The position numbers and the translations under genes are program-made. DNA of 64,000 bases, taken from Escherichia phage pEC-M719-6WT.2. Positions 55,679 through 64,000 of the stretch are shown here, one piece after another; the first letter of the stretch is position 1; every line of letters begins with the position of its first letter. The notes below the pieces were generated by a model. The model saw only the letters and a program-made list of their open reading frames with translations, had not been told where the DNA came from and made no database searches. Where the stretch lies: the sequence record OQ845958.1. The stretch is one strand, 5' to 3'.

Positions 55679-56458
55679 CTATAACCATGAGCCGTAAATT
55701 GTGCCTGTAGCACCCCATGATGGAGAGGAACCGAATACTGCTCTACCAGGAGCACCACCACCCGACCTGGATAAGTTATTACCCCATCCAGCGCCACCAG
55801 CGCCACCAGCATCACCGCCATTGCCACCGCCAAATTGGTTTGCATTACCACCGCCACCTGGACCATCATAACTAGCATTGCCGCCTGGCCAATTAACACC
55901 ACCGCCGCCGAGACCAAATGGTCTGCCGCCGCCGCCACCTGCTGTAGCATTTGCAGGCCAACTATTCTGTAATGATGCGGCACCGCCGCCACCACCACCG
56001 GAGGCTATCACACCATAATTCCAAATGCGAAGTCGTCCACCAATATCATTTTGGATTACGTCACCACCATTAGTGCCTGGGCTTCCATTTACTGTACCGT
56101 TGCCACCTCGGCCCCACATATGAACACCACCATGAATATTCAAAGTAACATATTCGTTAGGGGTATCACCGTACATAAAGAACAACGGAACATCTTTAGT
56201 ATATGATACTAAGTTGCCTGTGATATTAAACACTATAGGAGCACCGCCGGCTTCAAAGCAACGGTCTCTAAACCATTGTCCGTTAAAGTTGTGGTCTGCT
56301 CCAAGTGTGTGAATAATTTCTCTTGAGCGGCCCGCGAATTGGGACATCCAAGATGGGTTCCCTAGACGTAATTCTCTAGAGGCCGCTGTCATCCAACGTT
56401 GACCTGTTTCAGCCACCGCTGATGTTCCAATCCAACCAGGAATTCCTACTACTGCCAT
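55679..56458 (-). CDS. 38: long tail fibre adhesin gp38 (T2-type, glycine-rich motifs)
   Basis: 259 aa; N-terminus [11 protein letters not shown]...[31 protein letters not shown] matches remembered T2 gp38; poly-Gly motifs. Confidence 0.9.
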   Translation of the reverse strand: MAVVGIPGWIGTSAVAETGQRWMTAASRELRLGNPSWMSQFAGRSREIIHTLGADHNFNGQWFRDRCFEAGGAPIVFNITGNLVSYTKDVPLFFMYGDTPNEYVTLNIHGGVHMWGRGGNGTVNGSPGTNGGDVIQNDIGGRLRIWNYGVIASGGGGGGAASLQNSWPANATAGGGGGRPFGLGGGGVNWPGGNASYDGPGGGGNANQFGGGNGGDAGGAGGAGWGNNLSRSGGGAPGRAVFGSSPSWGATGTIYGSWL

Positions 56459-56487
56459 AAAAACCTCCAGGGCCCGAAGGCCCTTTC

Positions 56488-59400
56488 TTATAATAATGAT
56501 TTAATTAATGCCTTCAACTCAGCAATTTCAGATTTCAATTCCTTGATTTCGTCAGTATGCTCGTTGATAGTAGCAGTATTTAAACCGATAATACCGTTAT
56601 AGTTCAAACGAAGTAAGCCAGTCTCTTTATCTTCAGTCACAAGTTCAGGCAATACCTCTTGAACTTCCTGGGCAATTAAACCGGCAGACGGTTTAACTTC
56701 ATCTGTGACAGAGTTTTTAAGCAGATAAGTATAACCACCTAAGAGTTTAGATTTCTCTTGGGCATTCTCGATAAGCTTAATTTCCGACTTACAACGAATA
56801 TCGGAACGAATATAAACGTCGTTAACATCAATGTTATCACGAACATACATACCTGCATTACAGTGTAAGTTAACACCACCGAATGTCTGAGCAAGTCCGG
56901 CTCGAATACTGAATACACCTTGCCCGTTAGCATACATGTTGTATATGCCATCGCTTTCCCAGACCAATCCGGTGTCATTGTCACCAATAGCAATACACGG
57001 CGTAGTCCAGGCGGGTTCAACACCTACACCCATACCTGCCCATCCTGAAACAATTCTTCCCGGGGAAGTAAACTGCCCGTTGGCCAAAAATTGATAAACC
57101 GCTGCAGGATGTCCTTGTTCTGGTGTATTTTCAGCTGAACGAACAATTATACAACCGGTGGCCCAGGCTGCGGTACCTGAACGTAAAGTACCTAGCTCTA
57201 CGGAGGACGTGTATCCAAACCCTGTAGAAGAACTTCGGCCTTTAACAATCGGGTAATAAACGTTACCATTCAGGTCGCCGTGTTCTACAAATAAAGGAGC
57301 CTCAAGTGCGAATTGTCCGCTAATAGCGCCTGGATTTGTAGCAACCCATCTTGTTCCATTAATCCACAGGCGGTTTTCACTCATTTGAGCTAAATTAAAT
57401 GATTTAGGACTAAATGAAATTACTCCATTATCACTCAAATCTAGACCGGTTGTTGTTTTGTAGTTATAAAAAGATACCGTATCACTTTCACCGCCTTTAC
57501 CAACAAACCAGCTATTAGCACCAGCGACTTCTGAACGGATATGAGAACTATTATTGGCATTTGGGGCTTTAATCAATAAAGCATCATCCGCAGCGGCAAT
57601 AGTCAATTTTCCAGTCATCGTGTCGCCTTCTTTAGCCACACGGGAGGCAATAGCATCATGGATGTTGGTTATATCACCGGCAGAGGTAAATACTTTCCAA
57701 ATATCAGAGAAGATGTTACCATTGCGGGCAATAGTAGCTTCACCGCCACCAACCTGCACGTTATCCGGGAAGTTAACTGTACCGTCAGCATTAAATCTTG
57801 AGGTATGGCCCTGGGTCCCGTCTTCTTTTAAATGGTGTAAAACAAAAGTACCTGAATTAATTTCAGTACCTAAAGACCAAACAGCTTTTCCTTGTAAGAA
57901 TTTCTGCTTAACAATAGGATAATATTTGCTTACAGCGTCATCATCAATTTCCTGAAAAATAGGAGCGGCTTGTGAATATTGAATATCATAACCGCCTGCA
58001 CCAGCACCATGACCACCAAATTTAATAAAACCATTTGCTGCAAAAGTGGTATGGGATAAATCTAAGTCAGGAATAACCACCTTACCTGTATCTAAAGCTA
58101 AACTAAATGGACGAAGGGGTCCGATATCACCGTTCTGTCCTTCGCCAAAAGCAGTAGGAATAATATGAAGACTTCCTTCTGAACGGCGGAAAATAGCACC
58201 GTAATCGTTATTCCAGATGCGGAGCCCATTAACGGCATTTGTAGTAATTTCACCTAATGTATGGACCGCTCTATCAACCCGAATATCTTTTTTAACAATA
58301 AGATTTTCATTAATAGTTTGCTGGCCATTTAATACGGCCTCAATGGTATTATCTGAATTACGCTGAATATATTGCATCCAGCTAATGGCATCAGAAATTT
58401 CCATAATGTTTTTACGGATACCTCCGCTTGGATCAACAAACGTATTACCCCAAACTTTAATATCCATATTATCAACCGAGCTGTATCCTGTTGTGTTGCC
58501 TCTAAACAAAAGAGTCGAAGCGTTGTTGCGGCCATCAATATTAACTGAACCACCAACAACATCAATATTACCAGGAGTAACTAACAAACCGCCAGCGGTG
58601 TTAACGTTTGTAGTGCCCTTACCACGGAAATAGTGGTGATAATTACCGCCTTGATAATACCCTAAAAGAGTTTGACCGTCACCGTACGCGTTATTATCAT
58701 GGTAAGTAACAACAGTGGCTAATGCGTAGTTTTCTGCCGGTGGCGTTGTCATAAGAACTCCGTCCGGAGAATAGCCCATAACCATTTTTCTAAGGCTTTG
58801 CGTTTCTTCTGGTCCGTAGATGAAAGTTCTCGTGCCGTTGTTTACTGTATGGAAATATCCATCCTGATGCCATTTTAACCCGGTGTCATTATCTCCAAGA
58901 GCAATTGAAGCTGTTCCTAATTCAGAATATCCTTTAGAGCCACCTGGAAGACCTACAGAAATAGAATGACCGGCTTTCAATCCACCTGACCATGTAAATG
59001 ACCAAAGATAAGCGTCCAATCCATCTCCAGCATACCAGGTTAACCCGTCATTATCTTTAACTTCATGGAATACACCAGCACCTACGGCATTTCGCATAAC
59101 ACGAAGGTGGTTAATAGCTGTTTCGCTTTCAGACAATGGGCTATTATCAGCCATTGAATAGATATCATAATCGCCGGCCTTCTTCCCGTTTGTAATAACT
59201 TTATCGGTCAAAATTTGTGGGGACGAAATAGATTTCCATGCTGATACTTCAGGTGAAGTGAACAAACCATTGCCTGAAAATGCATAAGTGCTTTCGCTTG
59301 CAGTAGAATAATCTTGTACGCGAATATTAACTACTTGGTTGGTTGCTCCTGCGTTATTAGGAGAAAAGATAATACCACGTTCACGGTCATTGCCATCAAA

Positions 59401-59769
59401 GAAACGAAGGTGAGAAGTTGAGGCACTCTTAGAAATAAGTTCGCCACCGTGGGTCATTATCTGCCCGGCTGCAATGATGTCACGAGTTACACGAGCAATG
59501 CCATTGAGATTGAAATCACCAATTTGAGTAAATACACCGTTAAGAGTATAATCACCAGTTTGATTGTAATTACCGTTATGAATAACATTACCATCAATAT
59601 TACCGCCTTTGGCAAAACCAAGGTCGATAATGGCGCCGGTGTCATCTTTAGTAAAAAGTAAGCGGTCTTTCAGGTTGATAGCCAGTTCACCTTCAGCAAG
59701 AACTGTTGGCGCCGGACGAACGCCGGCAACCTTACTTCTTTTAAATTGTATTTGTTTTAAAGTAGCCAT
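56488..59769 (-). CDS. 37: long tail fibre distal subunit gp37
   Basis: 1093 aa, Gly/Thr/Asn-rich fibre repeats; C-terminal SDIRCK...GGYTY...[15 protein letters not shown] chaperone-like domain. Confidence 0.88.
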   Translation of the reverse strand: MATLKQIQFKRSKVAGVRPAPTVLAEGELAINLKDRLLFTKDDTGAIIDLGFAKGGNIDGNVIHNGNYNQTGDYTLNGVFTQIGDFNLNGIARVTRDIIAAGQIMTHGGELISKSASTSHLRFFDGNDRERGIIFSPNNAGATNQVVNIRVQDYSTASESTYAFSGNGLFTSPEVSAWKSISSPQILTDKVITNGKKAGDYDIYSMADNSPLSESETAINHLRVMRNAVGAGVFHEVKDNDGLTWYAGDGLDAYLWSFTWSGGLKAGHSISVGLPGGSKGYSELGTASIALGDNDTGLKWHQDGYFHTVNNGTRTFIYGPEETQSLRKMVMGYSPDGVLMTTPPAENYALATVVTYHDNNAYGDGQTLLGYYQGGNYHHYFRGKGTTNVNTAGGLLVTPGNIDVVGGSVNIDGRNNASTLLFRGNTTGYSSVDNMDIKVWGNTFVDPSGGIRKNIMEISDAISWMQYIQRNSDNTIEAVLNGQQTINENLIVKKDIRVDRAVHTLGEITTNAVNGLRIWNNDYGAIFRRSEGSLHIIPTAFGEGQNGDIGPLRPFSLALDTGKVVIPDLDLSHTTFAANGFIKFGGHGAGAGGYDIQYSQAAPIFQEIDDDAVSKYYPIVKQKFLQGKAVWSLGTEINSGTFVLHHLKEDGTQGHTSRFNADGTVNFPDNVQVGGGEATIARNGNIFSDIWKVFTSAGDITNIHDAIASRVAKEGDTMTGKLTIAAADDALLIKAPNANNSSHIRSEVAGANSWFVGKGGESDTVSFYNYKTTTGLDLSDNGVISFSPKSFNLAQMSENRLWINGTRWVATNPGAISGQFALEAPLFVEHGDLNGNVYYPIVKGRSSSTGFGYTSSVELGTLRSGTAAWATGCIIVRSAENTPEQGHPAAVYQFLANGQFTSPGRIVSGWAGMGVGVEPAWTTPCIAIGDNDTGLVWESDGIYNMYANGQGVFSIRAGLAQTFGGVNLHCNAGMYVRDNIDVNDVYIRSDIRCKSEIKLIENAQEKSKLLGGYTYLLKNSVTDEVKPSAGLIAQEVQEVLPELVTEDKETGLLRLNYNGIIGLNTATINEHTDEIKELKSEIAELKALIKSLL

Positions 59770-59777
59770 AATGCCTC

Positions 59778-60425
59778 TTAATAATATCCAAAATCTTGTA
59801 CGGAGTCTTTAAGAACGATTTGGTCAAAACGAGGCACATGGGCCGGGTCTGATGCTGGGTTCCTAGAGAAGAAATTAGGTGCTGACAAGTTACCTGTCAT
59901 TGTTTGCAATGTACTATTATTTAGTTCTACCTGTTGCTGGTTAGTTACATTACCAAGACCAACTTGAGCTTTTGACGGAGTATTCCCTGGAGAAAATACA
60001 CGACCTGTTTCATCATAAATTTGTCGAGCTAACGTATCACCCATAACAGTAAGACGTTTTGCTCCCGTCGTAGTGTCAGGGTCAAAAATAACGAATGGTG
60101 TTCCTGTTTCAGTCTCAAATCCGAATGGTCCTTTAATACGGAAAGATGCGGTAAATGGTGCACCGCCTGTTCTCGCTCCTAACTTAATCCCGTAACCATT
60201 TGAATCGTTAAATGTCAGGCCTTGTTCGAAATATACATTTGCTTTATAATTACCACCAAGAGCTTTAGAAACAAAATCGTTATCGACTGCTTGTGGCTTG
60301 TTATATTCGGAATAAATTTTATAAGTTTTGAAATATAAGTCATTACTGACTGGTGTTAATGGGAAATTACCCTGGTGCCAGAGGACCGAACCTCCGGCTG
60401 TTGAGCCTAGTTTTAAATCTGCCAT
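59778..60425 (-). CDS. 36: long tail fibre subunit gp36
   Basis: 215-aa ORF between gp35 and gp37 with own late promoter. Confidence 0.8.
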   Translation of the reverse strand: MADLKLGSTAGGSVLWHQGNFPLTPVSNDLYFKTYKIYSEYNKPQAVDNDFVSKALGGNYKANVYFEQGLTFNDSNGYGIKLGARTGGAPFTASFRIKGPFGFETETGTPFVIFDPDTTTGAKRLTVMGDTLARQIYDETGRVFSPGNTPSKAQVGLGNVTNQQQVELNNSTLQTMTGNLSAPNFFSRNPASDPAHVPRFDQIVLKDSVQDFGYY

Positions 60426-60462
60426 TTCTTCAAGTCCTCTTCAACCGGCATATGATATTTTG

Positions 60463-60470
60463 TATTTATA
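60463..60470 (-). promoter_or_regulatory. late promoter TATAAATA for gene 36
   Basis: TATTTATA on + strand 38 nt upstream (minus sense) of gp36 ATG; SD AGAGGA. Confidence 0.55.
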
Positions 60471-60473
60471 ACG

Positions 60474-60495
60474 AAAAAAGGACTCCGAAGAGTCC
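60474..60495 (-). terminator. intrinsic terminator (minus sense AGGACTC-ttcg-GAGTCCT + TTTTTT)
   Basis: Hairpin abuts gp35 stop, followed on minus strand by T-run and the gene 36 late promoter. Confidence 0.55.
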
Positions 60496-61625
60496 TATTG
60501 TTTTTCTCGTAGTTCGGCTGCATATATCTTGCCGGCTCTCGGAGCTTGCGCATCCGGGAATGTTACAATTGTATTGCCTGTATTTGTTGTATCGTTTGCA
60601 TATGACATCCTTATGCCGTTGACACCAAATTCAGCTGGTTTGAATGCCGAGTCACCTCTGGTTATCTCACCAATAACAATATTACGTATTGACCCAGTTC
60701 CCACAGCTACAGTCCTTGATGTTACTACTGTAAAGCCATCGGCTCCCGCCGGAATCTCAACATATCTTTCGAAACTCGCCCATGCACCAGCTGGAACGTT
60801 TGCTGCAATATCGATGTTCGTATTTGATATTGGAGCAGTGCTAGGACTTTTAAAGAATCGAATCGAAGTCCTTACGGTCCCCGCGGCTTTCAGTGCAGCG
60901 TCAAATGACATCTGAAACTTCAAGTAAAGCACATCCAAAGGTAAAAGGTTATAGGTGTCCATAGGAGTCACCAGGTCCTCTGTGGGGAACCTTTTAATTG
61001 TGGTTGGTGTTCCATCACCTGTTGATGAATACGTGCTCTCGTCTTCCGTTATGCGCACAGGATAGCCTGTTGCTCCTATATCACTAAAGGTATCATAAAC
61101 GACTTCAAGCGGAGTCGAAACATCCTCAACTAACTTCCCGTCATTATACTTAACATGCTCCGAAACAATTACATTCCGGCCGGTTATGTAAAAAGCCGAG
61201 TACGATGTATCAACTTTATCAATCAGCCATTTCTCTGGGAATGCTCTTGAACCACATTTACGGAACCAATCAATTAATGTCTGTGATGCGTTTAGTTTCC
61301 CTGAAGAAATAAAAGCAATCAATCTTCCGGCTGGAACAGATTCCACAAAGGTGATTAATGCCTGACTGATTGCATCATGTGTGCTAGTTAATGAATAGTT
61401 TTTCGTGTTAACAATTTTATTCGTAGTTGTATCAATTTCCAATAGAGTCAGACCATTACCAAAAGTAGTTGGTCCAATTCGTTCATCCTGAAATTTGATA
61501 TACGATTTCACCGTGGAAAGAGTACAGCTCCCTGCTATACTCATTTTAAATTTAACGGCATTATTTTCTGATATAACTGGCGTTTGGACGTATCCTTGTC
61601 CAAACTCTGCCATAAATTTTTCCAT
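60495..61625 (-). CDS. 35: long tail fibre hinge subunit gp35
   Basis: 376-aa ORF in 34-35-36-37-38 order. Confidence 0.8.
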   Translation of the reverse strand: MEKFMAEFGQGYVQTPVISENNAVKFKMSIAGSCTLSTVKSYIKFQDERIGPTTFGNGLTLLEIDTTTNKIVNTKNYSLTSTHDAISQALITFVESVPAGRLIAFISSGKLNASQTLIDWFRKCGSRAFPEKWLIDKVDTSYSAFYITGRNVIVSEHVKYNDGKLVEDVSTPLEVVYDTFSDIGATGYPVRITEDESTYSSTGDGTPTTIKRFPTEDLVTPMDTYNLLPLDVLYLKFQMSFDAALKAAGTVRTSIRFFKSPSTAPISNTNIDIAANVPAGAWASFERYVEIPAGADGFTVVTSRTVAVGTGSIRNIVIGEITRGDSAFKPAEFGVNGIRMSYANDTTNTGNTIVTFPDAQAPRAGKIYAAELREKQ

Positions 61626-61633
61626 ATTACCTC

Positions 61634-64000
61634 TTATTCAATCCATTCAAACTTAACGGATTTAGTGGTCGGGTCTGGGATGATACGTACGTTACCGATA
61701 CGTAACCAATCAAGAATGGTTAAGTTCCCCATCGTTGTGTTGTCAGCCGGTAATGCGCCAACATCCTCTGCAGACGGAGGGTTATCCGCGGTGTAAACCA
61801 TTGCGAAAGTCGTCCATGCAGATTTATTTTTCTGCCACGTACGAGTATAACGAATAGTACCACCGTTCAATCCAGTTGGATAGCAAACCCAATCTTGATA
61901 GCACGAATCCAGCGTATTACCAAACTGAGTCAATGTACCAGGATATTTAATTTGTTTATCACGAACTGAATAGTCAAACCAGGTTCCACGCAGTTTCTGC
62001 CCAGAGCTACCTAATACTTCATCACCAAGTGTACCATCATCATTACGATAACGAATAGCGGGCGAGGCAAAAGTTCCGTTTTCAGTTAACCAACCAGAAG
62101 CATTCCAAACTTCATCAGTTACACCAGCAGGTTTAGTTTGAACCGTATCAATGTTTACTTGACGTTTTAACTTCATTGTCCAATAACCAGGGAACTGGCT
62201 ATAAGTCGGTTCATCATTGATATCGACAGACCAGAAGCCAACAGTATCTGCAGTCGGAGCTTGCGCGATAAGACTTGGTTTCGTACCAAATACACGGACC
62301 GGAGCATTCACACGGAGCACACCAGACATTGTATCACCGGCTTGGTTAACAAAGTTTCTATCAACAATTTCTATTGCGTTTTTCTCGGTCAGAACTTTAA
62401 ATGCACCGCCACCATTTGCTATGATATTGCCAGCATCAAGAGTTTTGAGCACTAAATTCTGTGAGTTATCACCCAGAGACAAAGTTGCACCAGAAACTTC
62501 ACCCGTCGTGGTTGCGATAGTACGACCATTTAGAACATAATTATTTTTGGCTTGAACATCGTTTCCGGCGCTGAGGTTGTTCAATACAGCAGCATTACCC
62601 GAGGCGGTGTTTAATGTCAATACGTTAGTCGTATCACCAATAGTCATTGTCGTTCCGGTGGAAGGAGCAGTGATTTTCCACTTGTTAGTTCCGTTAACAA
62701 CATTCACAGTTCCGAACGTCGAAGTACCAGCCGTTACATCAGTAAACACCGCAGTGCTCGTCGATACAACCGGAGCAGAGATATTTGTCTGCTTAGTAAG
62801 GGATAATACACCTTCAACAGTCTGAGCAATATCACGACGAATAAACTGGGTCGAATCGAGGTTATCCAGTTTTTCAGCATTAACAGCCATCGCATTTATC
62901 GGTAAGAAGTTTTGCAATACGCGGTTTAATTCGTAAGGCGAAACTGCATATCCAGATTTCGCATAGCTAACCAGTTTACTTGGGTCCGGGGTATACACAC
63001 CATTTTCATATGTAAATCCCGCGCCCGTCGTTGTAGTTGCGGCCGAAGTAGCTGCACCGGAAGATAAACGAACAAATCCACGCAGTGTTTCAGATGCTTC
63101 CCAAGTTGTTTCCGTTTGGGCAATATATTTCAGCGCAGACGGACTAATGGCCAAGACTTTTGATGTGCCTGCTGTTGCTTCTGTGTTTGTCGCGATGCGA
63201 ACAATACCTTCGGCGTTTTCAGTGGCTTTTTTCGACATCAATTTAAGCGGGGTAACGATTGTTTTATCGTCAGTGCCGGTATTGACTTCACCCTGAGTCG
63301 CTAATCTTGCTGTACCACGTTGAGTCTCATTTGCTTCAAGAATATTCAGGCTATAATGGTCCCAGAGCGTCCCTGTTTCTACTAAACCACTTAATGCATT
63401 AACAGAAGTACGAGCAGTATTATTAAATCTATTTTTAATTTTTAATGGAGTTGAGATACGAGTATCATCAGTTCCAGTATCAAATTCTGATTGCGTAGCA
63501 ATCTCGGCTATGCCGGTCAACGTTTCTGATGCTTTACGGTCATTTAACGTTTTAGGAGTCACAGCTCTGGTATAATCGGTTCCTGCATCTGTTTCAACCT
63601 GAGTCGCAATCTCGATTAAACCGATACGAGAATCAAGAGCAGTTTTGCGATGCAACATTTCTGGGGTAACGACTGCGTTTGCCCAGCCAGATTGAGAAGT
63701 ACCAGCGATTACTTCACTTTCAACCGCAAGAATAACCGCGCCTTGCTGGGTGTAAGTAGCTTTGTACTGGTCAAGAGCTTTCGGAGAAACAACCAGATTA
63801 ACCGTATTTTTATTATAAACGTTTGTACCATTTAATTCACGCGAAGCAGCAGGAGTTGCACCAGTCGTTGAAACGTAAGTTACAATACCGGATAGCGATT
63901 CTGAGCCCTGGCGAGCTTGCAGTTTCTTTGGAGTTATAATTGTGGTATCATCTACACCCGCATTGGTTTCTTGCTGTGTGGCGAGTTCTGCGAGCCCACG
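61634..64000 (-). CDS. 34: long tail fibre proximal subunit gp34, C-terminal part (N-terminus beyond window)
   Basis: Frame hand-checked open from 61634 to the window edge; repeated ATQ/GTDD fibre motifs. Confidence 0.85.
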   Translation of the reverse strand, partial: RGLAELATQQETNAGVDDTTIITPKKLQARQGSESLSGIVTYVSTTGATPAASRELNGTNVYNKNTVNLVVSPKALDQYKATYTQQGAVILAVESEVIAGTSQSGWANAVVTPEMLHRKTALDSRIGLIEIATQVETDAGTDYTRAVTPKTLNDRKASETLTGIAEIATQSEFDTGTDDTRISTPLKIKNRFNNTARTSVNALSGLVETGTLWDHYSLNILEANETQRGTARLATQGEVNTGTDDKTIVTPLKLMSKKATENAEGIVRIATNTEATAGTSKVLAISPSALKYIAQTETTWEASETLRGFVRLSSGAATSAATTTTGAGFTYENGVYTPDPSKLVSYAKSGYAVSPYELNRVLQNFLPINAMAVNAEKLDNLDSTQFIRRDIAQTVEGVLSLTKQTNISAPVVSTSTAVFTDVTAGTSTFGTVNVVNGTNKWKITAPSTGTTMTIGDTTNVLTLNTASGNAAVLNNLSAGNDVQAKNNYVLNGRTIATTTGEVSGATLSLGDNSQNLVLKTLDAGNIIANGGGAFKVLTEKNAIEIVDRNFVNQAGDTMSGVLRVNAPVRVFGTKPSLIAQAPTADTVGFWSVDINDEPTYSQFPGYWTMKLKRQVNIDTVQTKPAGVTDEVWNASGWLTENGTFASPAIRYRNDDGTLGDEVLGSSGQKLRGTWFDYSVRDKQIKYPGTLTQFGNTLDSCYQDWVCYPTGLNGGTIRYTRTWQKNKSAWTTFAMVYTADNPPSAEDVGALPADNTTMGNLTILDWLRIGNVRIIPDPTTKSVKFEWIE

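Noticed and set aside
55672-55998. 108-aa alternate-frame ORF inside gp38
   Set aside because: Poly Ala/Val translation produced by the Gly-codon repeats of gp38 read out of frame.
1-64000. tRNA or rRNA genes
   Set aside because: No cloverleaf-like conserved segments recognised by eye; not systematically scanned, so absence is not proven.

Overview
This window is a contiguous segment of a T4-like (Tevenvirinae-type) myovirus genome, collinear with the T4 early/middle replication-recombination region on the + strand, followed by holin t and long-tail-fibre genes 38-34 on the - strand. Recognised + strand genes include nrdC, gp49, nrdD/nrdG, gp55, gp47/gp46, gp45/gp44/gp62, regA, gp43, imm-like, uvsX, gp40, gp41, spackle-like, gp61, gp56, soc, two Mod-type ADP-ribosyltransferases, dda, dexA, fused gp39, rIIA/rIIB, ndd, stp, ac-like, gp52, motA and asiA. 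Calls rest on reading the supplied six-frame translations against remembered T4 proteins, on motifs and on synteny; no database search was run. Between the conserved genes lie variable islands of small ORFs, many preceded by a recurring early-promoter/stem-loop cassette and a conserved hairpin around the Shine-Dalgarno. At the T4-syntenic positions there is no dCMP hydroxymethylase (gp42), alpha- or beta-glucosyltransferase, or dam, although the dCTPase gp56 is kept. The tail fibre is T2-type: gp38 adhesin with poly-glycine motifs and gp37 with a C-terminal chaperone-like domain. Most interesting unexplained items are the 2.4 kb island between gp41 and gp61 whose first ORF carries a PARP/diphtheria-toxin-like H-G-S motif, a reverse-strand 65-aa membrane ORF where T4 has dam, a paralogous ORF pair upstream of gp39, and a repeat-containing ORF between motA and asiA. 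CDS coordinates include the stop codon; hand-derived regulatory coordinates are approximate (about +/-2 nt). No rRNA, tRNA or CRISPR was recognised.
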